A stretch of 64,000 nt of DNA from Burkholderiales bacterium (GTDB taxonomy: Bacteria > Pseudomonadota > Gammaproteobacteria > Burkholderiales > SG8-39). The position numbers and the translations under genes were made by a program. The stretch covers positions 5,241 through 69,240 of the forward strand of contig DASPRX010000145.1 in the NCBI GenBank assembly GCA_035624235.1. The letters are read 5' to 3'. The notes under the pieces were generated by a model. The model was not told the origin of the DNA, ran no database searches, and saw only the letters and a list, made by a program, of their open reading frames with translations. Below, piece by piece: positions 1-12,981 of this stretch (position 1 is the first letter of the stretch; every line of letters begins with the position of its first letter).

Positions 1-875
1 GCATTCCGCTCGAAGCGGTGAACTTCGCCGCCGAGTACAAGGAGCGCGTGTTCGCTGATTTCCTGCGCGAGTACTCCGCCGGCCGCACGCCCAATCCGGA
101 CGTGCTGTGCAACGCCGAGATCAAGTTCAAGGCATTCCTCGACCATGCGCTGCGGCTCGGCGCGGCGAAGATCGCCACCGGCCACTATGCGCGCGTGCGC
201 ACACGCGATGGGCGCTGCGAGCTCCTGCGCGGAGCGGACGCCGCCAAGGACCAGAGCTATTTCCTGCACCGCCTGAGCCAGGCACAGCTCGCGCGCGTGC
301 TGTTTCCGGTCGGCGGGCTGAAGAAGGCCGAGGTGCGGCGCATCGCGCTTGAGGCGGGGCTGCCCAACCACGACAAGAAGGACTCGACCGGAATCTGCTT
401 CATCGGCGAGCGGCCGTTCCGCGAGTTCCTCAACCGCTATCTGCCGCATACGCCGGGGCCGATCGTCACGCCCGAGGGCCGGCGCGTCGGCGAGCACATC
501 GGCCTCGCCTTCTACACCATCGGCCAGAGGAAGGGCATCGGCCTGGGCGGCGCGGGCGAGCCTTGGTACGTGGCCGCCAAGGACATGGCGGCCAACACGC
601 TCACCGTGGTGCAGGGCCACGACCATCCGCTGCTCCTGCGCCCGTCGCTCGCGGGGCTCGACGCGAGCTGGGTGGCGGGCGAGGCGCCGCCCGCGCATTC
701 GCGCCACGGCGCGAAGACGCGCTACCGCCAGGCGGACGCGGCTTGCACGCTGGCGCGCGTGGACGACGGCCGGATCGCGGTCGAGTTCGCCGAGCCGCAG
801 TGGGCGGTGACGCCCGGACAGTCGGTGGTGCTGTACGACGCCGAGGTCTGCCTCGGCGGGGCGATCATCGCCTAA
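1..875 (+). CDS. mnmA: tRNA 2-thiouridine(34) synthase MnmA, C-terminal part (5' end lies outside the window)
   Basis: ORF 18..875 carries the conserved MnmA core ([46 protein letters not shown]). The frame stays open back to base 3, so the gene is cut by the window edge. Confidence 0.9.
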   Translation, partial: IPLEAVNFAAEYKERVFADFLREYSAGRTPNPDVLCNAEIKFKAFLDHALRLGAAKIATGHYARVRTRDGRCELLRGADAAKDQSYFLHRLSQAQLARVLFPVGGLKKAEVRRIALEAGLPNHDKKDSTGICFIGERPFREFLNRYLPHTPGPIVTPEGRRVGEHIGLAFYTIGQRKGIGLGGAGEPWYVAAKDMAANTLTVVQGHDHPLLLRPSLAGLDASWVAGEAPPAHSRHGAKTRYRQADAACTLARVDDGRIAVEFAEPQWAVTPGQSVVLYDAEVCLGGAIIA

Positions 876-879
876 GCGT

Positions 880-1485
880 CTAGCGCGGAGCGGTATCCGC
901 GAACGCGGGCCGCTCCGAGAGCCGCTCGTACAGCCTTTCGAGGTTTGGATACTGCCCGCGCCAGTCGATCGCCGGGTGGCGGAAAGCGAGCCAGCCCAGG
1001 CAGCAGCCGAGCGCGATGTCCGCGAGCGTGTAGCGGTCGTTATTGCACCAGTTGTGCTCGCCCAGATCGGCGGCGAGCGCCGCGAGCCCTCGCTCGACCT
1101 TGCCCTGCTGGCGGCGCATCCACGCGGCGCTGCGCTCGCCCTCCGGACGCAGCGTCTCGCCGCGCAGCAGGATGCCCGCTTCGATCACTCCGTCGGCGAG
1201 CGCTTCCCAGCGGCGCACGGCGACACGCTCGCGCTTGTCTTGCGGGATGAGGCGGCTGATCGGCGAGACGTTGTCCAGGAATTCGACGATGACGCGCGAA
1301 TCGTACAGCGCGGTGCCGTCGTCCAGCACCAGCGTGGGCACCTTGCCGAGCGGGTTGTGCGCGATGACGGCAGAATCTTCGGGCGCCACGTCCACCAGCT
1401 CGAGGTCGCACTCGATGCGTTTCTCTGCGAGCACCACGCGCGCCTTGCGGCCATAGGGACTGGGGAGCGAGACGAGGAGTTTCAT
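880..1485 (-). CDS. Glutathione S-transferase family protein
   Basis: 201-aa ORF with an N-terminal thioredoxin-like GST fold (SPYGRKARVVLAEK, PLGKVPTLV, DSRVIVEFL) and a helical C-domain. Convergent with mnmA. Confidence 0.8.
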   Translation of the reverse strand: MKLLVSLPSPYGRKARVVLAEKRIECDLELVDVAPEDSAVIAHNPLGKVPTLVLDDGTALYDSRVIVEFLDNVSPISRLIPQDKRERVAVRRWEALADGVIEAGILLRGETLRPEGERSAAWMRRQQGKVERGLAALAADLGEHNWCNNDRYTLADIALGCCLGWLAFRHPAIDWRGQYPNLERLYERLSERPAFADTAPR

Positions 1486-1536
1486 GCTTGGCGAGTGCGG
1501 CGACCGCGGCGGATTATACCTTCACGGGCCTTATAA

Positions 1537-2931
<1,395 letters not shown>

Positions 2932-2940
2932 GGCGCCCCG

Positions 2941-3879
2941 TCAGACGACGGCGCCTTCGTGCTCGTCACGGCGCTCGCGCTTGGGCTTGATGAACTGCGC
3001 GCGCGTCACCCGCAGCCACATGAGCAGCGGGCTCGCCACCAGCACCGACGAGTAGATCCCGAACAGGATGCCGATCGTCAGCGCGAGCGCGAAGTAATGC
3101 AGCGCCGGCCCGCCGAAGATGAGCATCGTGGTCACCATCGCCTGAGTGCTGCCGTGCGTGATCACGGTGCGCGAGATGGTGCCTGTGATGGCCGCGTCGA
3201 TCACTTCCGGCGTCGGGGCTTTGCGCATCTTGCGGAAGTTCTCGCGCACCCGGTCGAAGACGACCACCGACTCGTTCACCGAGTAGCCCAGCACAGCCAG
3301 CACCGCGGCAAGCACGGGCAGCGAAAATTCCCACTGGAAGAACGAGAAGAAGCCCAGGATGATCACCACGTCGTGCAGGTTGGCGATGATCGCCGACAGG
3401 CCGAATTTCCACTCGAAACGGAGCGCGAGATAGGCGACGATTCCCAATGCCGTCACCATCAGCGCGAGCGCGCCGTACTGGGCCAGTTCCGACCCCACCT
3501 GCGGGCCGACGAACTCCACGCGCCGCACGTCGGCGCTCTGATCCTGTGCCTTGAGCAGCGTCGAGATCTTCTGCGACAGGTCGGAGCTCGACTGCCCCTT
3601 CTTAATCGGCATGCGGATGAGCACGTCCTGCGAGGAGCCGAAGGTCTGCGCCTCGGATTCGTAGCCGGCGCGCTTGAGCGTGTCGCGGATCTTCTGCACG
3701 TCTGCGGCGTGCGCGTAGTTCACCTCGATCAGCGTGCCGCCGGTGAACTCGATCGAGAGGTTGAGACCCTTGGTGGCGAGGAAGAAGACCGCGGCGAGGA
3801 ACGTGATCAGCGATATGACGTTGAAGATCAGCGCATACCGCATGAACGGTATGACGCGGCGGATCTTGAAGAACTCCAT
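2941..3879 (-). CDS. secF: Protein translocase subunit SecF
   Basis: 312-aa polytopic membrane ORF (SIEFTGGTLIEV, VFDRVRENF) immediately downstream of secD. Confidence 0.92.
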   Translation of the reverse strand: MEFFKIRRVIPFMRYALIFNVISLITFLAAVFFLATKGLNLSIEFTGGTLIEVNYAHAADVQKIRDTLKRAGYESEAQTFGSSQDVLIRMPIKKGQSSSDLSQKISTLLKAQDQSADVRRVEFVGPQVGSELAQYGALALMVTALGIVAYLALRFEWKFGLSAIIANLHDVVIILGFFSFFQWEFSLPVLAAVLAVLGYSVNESVVVFDRVRENFRKMRKAPTPEVIDAAITGTISRTVITHGSTQAMVTTMLIFGGPALHYFALALTIGILFGIYSSVLVASPLLMWLRVTRAQFIKPKRERRDEHEGAVV

Positions 3880-3899
3880 CCGGATCTATCCCTTGTCGG

Positions 3900-5756
3900 C
3901 TATTTCCACGCGGTATTGCCGATCGACAGCTTGGCCACGCGCCGGCGGTGCCCGTAGATGAGGTTCACCATCGCACGCGAGACAGTAACGGCCGAGAACA
4001 TCGACGTGAGGATCCCGAGGCAATGCACGACGGCGAAGCCGCGCACCGGCCCCTGGCCGAAGATAAGCAGCGCGAGGCCGGCGATCAGCGTGGTGATGTT
4101 CGAATCGAGGATCGTCCCCCAGGCGCGCTCGTAGCCCGCGTGAATGGCGGCCTGCGGCGTCGCCCCGCCGCGGATCTCCTCCCGGACGCGCTCGTTGATC
4201 AGCACGTTGGCGTCGATCGCCATGCCCAGCGTGAGCGCGATGGCCGCGATGCCGGGCAGGGTAAGCGTCGCCTGCAGCAGGGATAGCAGCGCGACCAGGA
4301 ACAGCAGGTTGATCGCCAGGGAAACGGACGAAGTCAGGCCGAACACCAGGTAGTAGATCGACATGAACACGACGATGATGCCGAAGCCCCACTTGGTCGA
4401 GTTGAAACCCTGGTCGATGTTCTCGCGCCCGAGGCTCGGGCCGACCGTGCGCTCCTCGACGATCTCCATCGGCGCGGCGAGCGCGCCAGCGCGCAGCAGC
4501 AGCGCGATGTTGTTCGCTTCGACCGTGCTCATGTGCCCGGAGATTTGAACCCTGCCGCCCGCTATCTCGCTGCGGATCACCGGCGCCGTGACGACCTCGC
4601 CCTTGCCCTTCTCGATCAGGAGGATCGCCATGCGCTTGCCGACGTTCTCGCGCGTGACCTGCTGGAAGATGCGCGCGCCGGCGCCGTCCAGCTGCAGGTG
4701 CACGGCCGGCTCGTTTGTCTGGGAGTCGAAGCCGGGTTGCGCATCGGTCAGCCGGTCGCCAGTCAGGACGACCTGCTTCTTGACGAGCAGCGGCTGGCCG
4801 TTGCGGTCGACGTAGTAGTCGTCGCCGAAGGGCACCTCGCCCTTGGCCGCGGCGGCGAGGATGTCGGGACGCATCCTTTCCTCGTCGACCATGCGGATCT
4901 CGAGGCTGGCGGTGCGTCCGAGGATCTCCTTAGCGCGGGCAGTGTCTTGTACGCCCGGCAGCTCCACCACGACGCGGTCGGCGCCCTGCTGCTGGATCAC
5001 AGGCTCGGCCACGCCGAGCTCGTTGATCCGATTGTGCAGCGTGGTGATGTTCTGCTTGATCGCATATTCCTGAGTGCGCCTGAGCGCCTGCGGTTTCAGG
5101 CTGCACACCAGCAGGTAATCGCTGCCCTCGTCGCGATCGGTCACGGCGAGATCGGGCTGCGTGCTGGCGATCAGATCGCGGCCACGGTCGCGCATCGCCG
5201 GGTCGCTGAAGCGTACGCGCAGCGTGTCGCCCTGGCGCGTAACGCCGAGGTGGCGCACGTTCTTGTCGCGCAGCGCCGTGCGCAGGTCGCTTGCCACGCT
5301 GTCGAGCCGCTTGGTGATCGCTGCCTGCATGTCGACTTGCAGCAGGAAATGCACGCCGCCGCGCAGGTCGAGGCCGAGGTACATCGGCAGGGCGTGTATC
5401 GCGGTGAGCCACGACGGCGAGGAGGACAGCAGGTTCAGCGCGACGACGTAGCTGGGGTTCGACGGCTCGTTGATCGCCTTCTCGATCAGGTCCTTCGCCT
5501 TGAGCTGCGTGTCGGTGTCGCTGAAGCGGATGCGCAGCCCGTTGGAATCGAGCACCGCCCCGGTGTACGGGATGCCCGCAGCCTTGAGGTCCGCCTCGAT
5601 GCGCGACATCAGGGCGGCATCGACGCTCACGGTCGCCTTGGTGCTCGAAACCTGGACCGCCGGCGATTCGCCGTACAGATTCGGCAGGGCGTAGACGAAG
5701 GCAACGACGATCGCAATCGCGATCATCGCGTACTTCCAGAGGGGAAAGCGATTCAC
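3900..5756 (-). CDS. secD: Protein translocase subunit SecD
   Basis: 618-aa ORF with the N-terminal MNRFPLWKY anchor, a large periplasmic domain and the C-terminal 6-TM SecD/F core (LTLPGIAAIALTLGMAIDANVLINERVREE). Confidence 0.93.
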   Translation of the reverse strand: MNRFPLWKYAMIAIAIVVAFVYALPNLYGESPAVQVSSTKATVSVDAALMSRIEADLKAAGIPYTGAVLDSNGLRIRFSDTDTQLKAKDLIEKAINEPSNPSYVVALNLLSSSPSWLTAIHALPMYLGLDLRGGVHFLLQVDMQAAITKRLDSVASDLRTALRDKNVRHLGVTRQGDTLRVRFSDPAMRDRGRDLIASTQPDLAVTDRDEGSDYLLVCSLKPQALRRTQEYAIKQNITTLHNRINELGVAEPVIQQQGADRVVVELPGVQDTARAKEILGRTASLEIRMVDEERMRPDILAAAAKGEVPFGDDYYVDRNGQPLLVKKQVVLTGDRLTDAQPGFDSQTNEPAVHLQLDGAGARIFQQVTRENVGKRMAILLIEKGKGEVVTAPVIRSEIAGGRVQISGHMSTVEANNIALLLRAGALAAPMEIVEERTVGPSLGRENIDQGFNSTKWGFGIIVVFMSIYYLVFGLTSSVSLAINLLFLVALLSLLQATLTLPGIAAIALTLGMAIDANVLINERVREEIRGGATPQAAIHAGYERAWGTILDSNITTLIAGLALLIFGQGPVRGFAVVHCLGILTSMFSAVTVSRAMVNLIYGHRRRVAKLSIGNTAWK

Positions 5757-6082
5757 TGAATGGTCTTGAGGGTTCCCTTGGGCAGCAGGGTCGATACTGC
5801 CGCCTTCTGGACGTGCACCTCGGTGTTGGGTGCGATCTCGAGCGTGATGTACGCGTCCGCGAGCTTCGTGATGCGCCCGACCATGCCGCCGGAGGTCACG
5901 ACCTCGTCGCCTTTCTGCAGGCCTTCAACCATCTGCCGCTGCTCCTTGGCGCGCTTCATTTGCGGCCGGATCATCAGGAAGTACAGCAGCCCGAACATGA
6001 GGATGATCGGCAGCAGGCCGATGAGCCCCGAGTCGCCGGCACCGCCTCCCGAGGCTTGCGCGAATACGGAGGAGATCGACAC
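5753..6082 (-). CDS. yajC: Preprotein translocase subunit YajC
   Basis: Only the last 109 codons of track ORF 5753..6322 look real (LLPIILMFGLLYFLMIRPQMKRAKEQ, KGDEVVTSGGMVGRI). Start set to GTG at 6082 (DNA reads GTGTCGATCTCC). The upstream 80 codons are Arg/Ala/Pro-rich. The stop overlaps the secD start. Confidence 0.85.
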   Translation of the reverse strand: MSISSVFAQASGGGAGDSGLIGLLPIILMFGLLYFLMIRPQMKRAKEQRQMVEGLQKGDEVVTSGGMVGRITKLADAYITLEIAPNTEVHVQKAAVSTLLPKGTLKTIQ

Positions 6083-6117
6083 GTCTAACTCCTTGCTGTG
6101 GCGGGAAAAGCCGCGAA

Positions 6118-8246
<2,129 letters not shown>

Positions 8247-8325
8247 GGCGCGGGAATTATAGGGGCGGCACTCGTAGGGACGCTTTCCGCTGCATGGGAA
8301 CTACGGGATAATCCGGCCCCGAGGC

Positions 8326-8412
8326 GCCGGAATGGCGGAACTGGTAGACGCGCCGGACTCAAAATCCGGTGCTGGTGACAGCGTGTGGGTTCGAGTCCCA
8401 CTTCCGGCACCA
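8326..8412 (+). tRNA. tRNA-Leu (anticodon CAA)
   Basis: 87-nt cloverleaf read by eye. Acceptor stem is GCCGGAA/TTCCGGC, anticodon loop CT-CAA-AA, with a long variable arm. T-arm is GTGGG-TTCGAGT-CCCAC. The 3' ACCA is encoded. Confidence 0.9.
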
Positions 8413-8565
8413 CCCCATGAAGGCCGCTCGACCCACCGGAGGTCTTCGTACACCGTGTGAGGAATATCACCAGTCAGCCCTGATTTTCAAGGGGGTTTCG
8501 GTGGACATTCGGACTCTCGGAGCGTACGCTCCCGAGTCTGAAGGGACACGGGGGGAAGGGGAGAC

Positions 8566-9663
8566 ATGGCCCAGGCGCAGCTAAGGGTGCTGCCGATGGC
8601 CCGCAATACCGTGATGGTCGTCGACGACCAGTCGACCGGCCGCGCGATTCTGGAACAGGTCGTTCGCAGCCTCGATCAGCGTGTCGTCGTCGAGGGCTTC
8701 GCGCGCCCCGTGGACGCGGTGGTGTGGGCGACGCGCCACGTGGCGGATCTCGTGCTCGTCGACTACATGATGCCGGACATGGACGGTATCGAGTTCGTCA
8801 AGCGGCTGCGAGCGCTGCCCGGTTACGAGCACATCCCGATCGTCATGGTGACGGTGCACGACGACCGCAAGGTGCGCTATGCCGCTCTGGACGCAGGGAT
8901 CACGGACTTCCTCACCAAGCCGGTCGACGCTCGCGAATGCCTCGCGCGCTGCAGAAACCTGCTCACGCTGCGGCGCCAGCAGCTGGCGCTGGAAGATCGC
9001 AAACGGCTCCTGGAAGGCATGGTCGAGGAGGCGACGCGCGAAGTGCGCGAGCGCGAAAAGGAAACCCTGCTGCGTCTTGCGCGCGCCGGCGAGTTCCGCG
9101 ACGCCGAGACGGGCTACCACCTTATCCGCATGGCGCGCTACTCGCGCCTGATCGCCGGAGCGATCGGCTTGGACCGCGACGAGTGCGAAACGGTCGAGCT
9201 CGCCGCGCCGCTGCACGACATCGGGAAGATCGGCATTCCGGACCAGATTCTGCTCAAGCCCGACAGGCTCGACGAGGGCGAGTGGGAGGTGATGCGCCGT
9301 CATCCGGTGATCGGCCACGAGATCCTGAAGGGCAGCGCTTCCAAGTACGTGCGCATGGGCGCCTTGATCGCGCTCGGTCACCACGAGAAGTACGACGGCT
9401 CGGGATACCCCAACGGCCTCGTCGGCGAGCACATCGTGCTGTGCGCGCGCATCGTGGCGGTGGCGGACGTCTACGACGCACTCACGTCGGTGCGTCCATA
9501 CAAGAAGGCCTGGCCGACCGAAGACGCACTGCAATACCTGCGCGCCCAGCGCGGCGGGCATTTCGATCCGCGCCTGGTCGACGCGTTCATCGGCGTGCGC
9601 GCGGACGTCGAGCGCGTGCAAAACGAGTGGCGCGATCCGGCCAAAGAGGCTGACGAGATCTGA
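8566..9663 (+). CDS. rpfG: Two-component response regulator with HD-GYP c-di-GMP phosphodiesterase output (RpfG-like)
   Basis: N-terminal receiver (VMVVDD, LVLVDYMMPDMDG, LTKP). C-terminal HD-GYP domain (PLHDIGKIGIP, HHEKYDGSGYPNGL, VADVYDALTSVRPYK). Strong RBS GGAAGGGGAG before ATG 8566. The stop overlaps the next ATG (TGATG). Confidence 0.85.
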   Translation: MAQAQLRVLPMARNTVMVVDDQSTGRAILEQVVRSLDQRVVVEGFARPVDAVVWATRHVADLVLVDYMMPDMDGIEFVKRLRALPGYEHIPIVMVTVHDDRKVRYAALDAGITDFLTKPVDARECLARCRNLLTLRRQQLALEDRKRLLEGMVEEATREVREREKETLLRLARAGEFRDAETGYHLIRMARYSRLIAGAIGLDRDECETVELAAPLHDIGKIGIPDQILLKPDRLDEGEWEVMRRHPVIGHEILKGSASKYVRMGALIALGHHEKYDGSGYPNGLVGEHIVLCARIVAVADVYDALTSVRPYKKAWPTEDALQYLRAQRGGHFDPRLVDAFIGVRADVERVQNEWRDPAKEADEI

Positions 9664-12194
9664 TGAACGCCCTGCTGGACGTTTTCCGGGATCTGCGCGC
9701 GCGACTGGCCGCGCGCCCCGACACCGAGCACGAACAAGCGATCGTGCGCCTGGTCGTGGGCGCGCTGATCGTCATTTATCTGCTGCCAGACGCGTTGCAT
9801 AACCGACCGGAGCCGACGCTGCCGGTGATGCTCGCCTATCTCGTGGTTGCGGCGCTCTTGCTCCTGCGAATTCTCGCTTCACCCGGTGAGTCGCATCTGC
9901 GCCGCATTTTGGCCGCCTTGGCGGATATCGGCACGATCACATGGTGCATGATGTTTCTGGACCAGCGTGCGGCGCCGATGTTTCTCTTCTACGTCTGGAT
10001 CACACTGGCTAACGGCTTCCGCTTCGGCGCCCGCTACCTCATCATCGCTCTGAGCCTCAGCGTGGCGGGTTTCTCCGCGGTGCTGATGACGAGCGACTTC
10101 TGGCAGAGCCATCTTTCGTTGGGCATCGGCCTGGCGATAGGTCTGGTCGCCCTGAGCCTGTACGTGCTCTCGCTCGTCAAGCGCATGTTCGACGCGCTTG
10201 CGCGTGCAGAGGCGGCGAACCAGGCCAAGCGCCGCTTCATCTCGGTGGTGAGCCACGAGATGCGTACGCCCCTCAACGCGATCATCGGGATGGCGGACCT
10301 GCTGCGGGATACGCCGCTCAGCCGAGAACAGGCCGATATGCTGCAGACGCTGCGGGGTTCTTCGCGCGTAATGCTCGGGCTGGTCGAGGATGTCCTCGAT
10401 TTCTCAAAGATCGAGGCCGGCAAGCTGCTGCTGGAACGTTCGGATTTCGACCTGCACGCCTTGGTGAACAGCACGTGTCGGATCATCGCCGCGCAAGCAG
10501 CGGCCAAGGGAGTCGAGTTCGTCGTCTCGATCATGCCCGAAGTCCCCCCGGCGGTGCGCGGCGACGCACACCACCTGCGCCAGGTGCTGATCAACCTGGC
10601 CGGTAACGCCGTCAAGTTCACCGAGCGCGGTAGCGTAACCGTGCACGTGAGTGCCCAGGAGGAGACGACCTCGGACGTGCGTCTCAAGTTTTCGGTGCGC
10701 GACACCGGCGTCGGCATTCCCGCGGAGGCTCAGGCGCGCATCTTCGAGAGCTTCACGCAGGCCGATCAATCGACGACGCGCCGCTTCGGCGGCACGGGCC
10801 TCGGCACGACCATCGCCAAGCAGCTGGTCGAGCTGATGGGCGGGCGCATCGGCATGGAAAGCTCAGTGGGCTTGGGCAGCACGTTCTGGTTCGAAGTCTC
10901 GCTTGAGAAGCAGGCCGAGCAGGTTGGCGTCACGCATGGCGAGCTATCCGGCGCGCGCATCATGCTGATCGGGTTTCCGCAGGCGGAGCGCGATGCACTA
11001 GAGCAAGCGCTTTCTGGTTGGGGGGCGACGGCCGTTGCCGCGGCGGACGTGGTCGACGCCGGCGCACGCCTCGTGGCGGAAATAAGCCTGGCGAGGCCGT
11101 ATCACAGCGCGCTGCTTCATGCGCACGGCGAAGACGGCCAGCTCGCACTGCGCTTCCGGCGCGTAGCACCGGATCCGGCGCCGCCGCTGGTGCTTGCTGT
11201 TCTGCGCGAAGCTGGCGTGCCGCGCTTTGCGGCATTGTCTTCCGGCTTTGCTGCCGTGCTCGAGATGCCCTTCGACAAACGGCAGCTGTTCAATGTTCTC
11301 CACTCGGTAAGCGCTGGCGACGAGGCACACGAAGGGGTCGTACGGCTGCAGGACTACGCGCGTCGCAACGCGAACGCGCGCAAGCTGCGCGTACTGGTCG
11401 CCGACGACAATCCAACCAACCGCGAAGTGCTCGGCAAGATCCTCGAAAGAGGCGGCCACGAGGCGACGCTCGTGGCGGACGGTGAACAGGCGCTCGACGC
11501 TGCAGAGCGTGAACAATTCGATATCGTGCTGCTAGATCGCAACATGCCCATCATGGGTGGCCTCGAAGCGTTGCAAGCAATGCGGCTACTTTCCGGGCCC
11601 AGCGCCCGCTTGCCGATCGTGATCCTATCGGCGGACGTGACTCCTGAGGTACGTAGCGAGTGCCTTGACGCAGGAGCCGATGCGTACCTATCTAAGCCTG
11701 TCGAGGCGGCTCGATTGCTCGAGCAGATTCAGGGCCTGGTCGTTGGCAAGTCCCTTACGGATACGCCGCAACCCGCACTCGAACAGGTGTCGTTGCGGGC
11801 GACGAGCGGTGCAGGGTTCGCCTTCGGGTCCGAACCGGTCGTCAATGCCGAAACGATTGCGCACCTGGAGGCGCTCGGCTCTTCGCCGGCGTTCCTCGAA
11901 AAACTCATTGGGGTATACCTGACCGACAGCGCCGCGCTGCTCGCAAAGGTCGATACGGCGCTTGCGAGCCGAAATGTCCAGGAGTTCCGCTCTCACCTTC
12001 ATGCGTTGAAGGGATCTTCGGCCAGCATGGGGACGGACCGCCTGACCGCACTTTGCTCGCAACTCGGAAGACTGAGCGATGCCGAGCTGCGGCTGCAGGC
12101 GCCCGGACTATTTAAGTCAGTTAGCGCCGAGCTCTCCGCCGCGCGAGCGGAGCTTGAAGTCTTTCTGCGGAACCGACAACAGTCGATCGGTTAG
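9663..12194 (+). CDS. rpfC: Hybrid sensor histidine kinase with multi-TM input, HisKA/HATPase, pseudo-receiver, receiver and HPt (RpfC-like)
   Basis: 843 aa with hydrophobic N-terminal helices. H-box SHEMRTPLN and G-boxes (GTGLGTTIAKQLVELMGG). Genuine REC (VLVADDNPTNREV, IVLLDRNMPIMGG, YLSKP) and C-terminal HPt (HLHALKGSSASMG). Translationally coupled to the rpfG-like gene. Confidence 0.8.
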   Translation: MNALLDVFRDLRARLAARPDTEHEQAIVRLVVGALIVIYLLPDALHNRPEPTLPVMLAYLVVAALLLLRILASPGESHLRRILAALADIGTITWCMMFLDQRAAPMFLFYVWITLANGFRFGARYLIIALSLSVAGFSAVLMTSDFWQSHLSLGIGLAIGLVALSLYVLSLVKRMFDALARAEAANQAKRRFISVVSHEMRTPLNAIIGMADLLRDTPLSREQADMLQTLRGSSRVMLGLVEDVLDFSKIEAGKLLLERSDFDLHALVNSTCRIIAAQAAAKGVEFVVSIMPEVPPAVRGDAHHLRQVLINLAGNAVKFTERGSVTVHVSAQEETTSDVRLKFSVRDTGVGIPAEAQARIFESFTQADQSTTRRFGGTGLGTTIAKQLVELMGGRIGMESSVGLGSTFWFEVSLEKQAEQVGVTHGELSGARIMLIGFPQAERDALEQALSGWGATAVAAADVVDAGARLVAEISLARPYHSALLHAHGEDGQLALRFRRVAPDPAPPLVLAVLREAGVPRFAALSSGFAAVLEMPFDKRQLFNVLHSVSAGDEAHEGVVRLQDYARRNANARKLRVLVADDNPTNREVLGKILERGGHEATLVADGEQALDAAEREQFDIVLLDRNMPIMGGLEALQAMRLLSGPSARLPIVILSADVTPEVRSECLDAGADAYLSKPVEAARLLEQIQGLVVGKSLTDTPQPALEQVSLRATSGAGFAFGSEPVVNAETIAHLEALGSSPAFLEKLIGVYLTDSAALLAKVDTALASRNVQEFRSHLHALKGSSASMGTDRLTALCSQLGRLSDAELRLQAPGLFKSVSAELSAARAELEVFLRNRQQSIG

Positions 12195-12266
12195 TCGATC
12201 GCGCTACAATCGCGCGGCACGCGCGCACACCGCTTTTCACTAGGCTGGACCAGGAGATTTATCAGC

Positions 12267-12938
12267 ATGTCCTTTTTCATTACCCTCGTCGAAATGACCG
12301 ACGCCAACCGGCGCGAACTGGAGAACGTGCCGAAAGTCCACTCGATGATCCATCATGGACTTACGCTTGCCGAATATCGCGCTTTCCTGCACGACCTCTA
12401 TCACATCGTGTGGCACTTCTGCCCGGTGATGGCCGCTGCCGCGGCGCGTTGCGACGACAACTTCCGAGGAGTGCGCTACGAGCTATACGAGAGGATCGAG
12501 GAGGAAAAGAACCACGAGACGTGGGTGCTGGACGACATCGAGTCCGTGGGGGGCGATGTGCGTGCGGCGCGCACGGCGGCACCTAGTGTCCCGGTGCAAG
12601 CGTTGATCGCCTTCAACTACTATAGCGCCGAGCGCGTCCACCCCTGCTCAGTTCTCGGAATGCTCTACATGCTCGAGGTGGTCTCATCCGTCTACGGCGG
12701 CAGGGTGTCGGACTCGATCGCGCGTGCCCTCGGGCGCGATGTGAACGGCGGGGGATTCAAATTTCTATCCTCGCACGCAACCATGGACGTCGATCACATG
12801 GCGAAGCTGAACAAGCTGGTGAAGACGATCGACGACCCGATCGCGCAGTCCGCAATCATCAATTCAACCCGCGTCAACTTCTACCAATTTAGCCACATGT
12901 TCGGCGAGGGTGGATTCGCCTCGCTCATCGCAGGCTAA
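12267..12938 (+). CDS. Heme-oxygenase-like fold protein, putative diiron oxidase/oxygenase (HDO, 'iron-containing redox enzyme' family)
   Basis: 223-aa ORF with RBS AGGAGA 9 nt upstream and helical composition. Candidate metal-ligand pattern is E80-x2-H83 (EEEKNHE), E137 (YMLEVVS) and H170-x3-D174-x2-H177 (SSHATMDVDH). Coding is clear. The family assignment is from motif and fold recollection only. Confidence 0.6.
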   Translation: MSFFITLVEMTDANRRELENVPKVHSMIHHGLTLAEYRAFLHDLYHIVWHFCPVMAAAAARCDDNFRGVRYELYERIEEEKNHETWVLDDIESVGGDVRAARTAAPSVPVQALIAFNYYSAERVHPCSVLGMLYMLEVVSSVYGGRVSDSIARALGRDVNGGGFKFLSSHATMDVDHMAKLNKLVKTIDDPIAQSAIINSTRVNFYQFSHMFGEGGFASLIAG

Positions 12939-12981
12939 ATGGCCTGGCGGTGACAGCGATTACTGGGGCCGGGCGAAGGAC

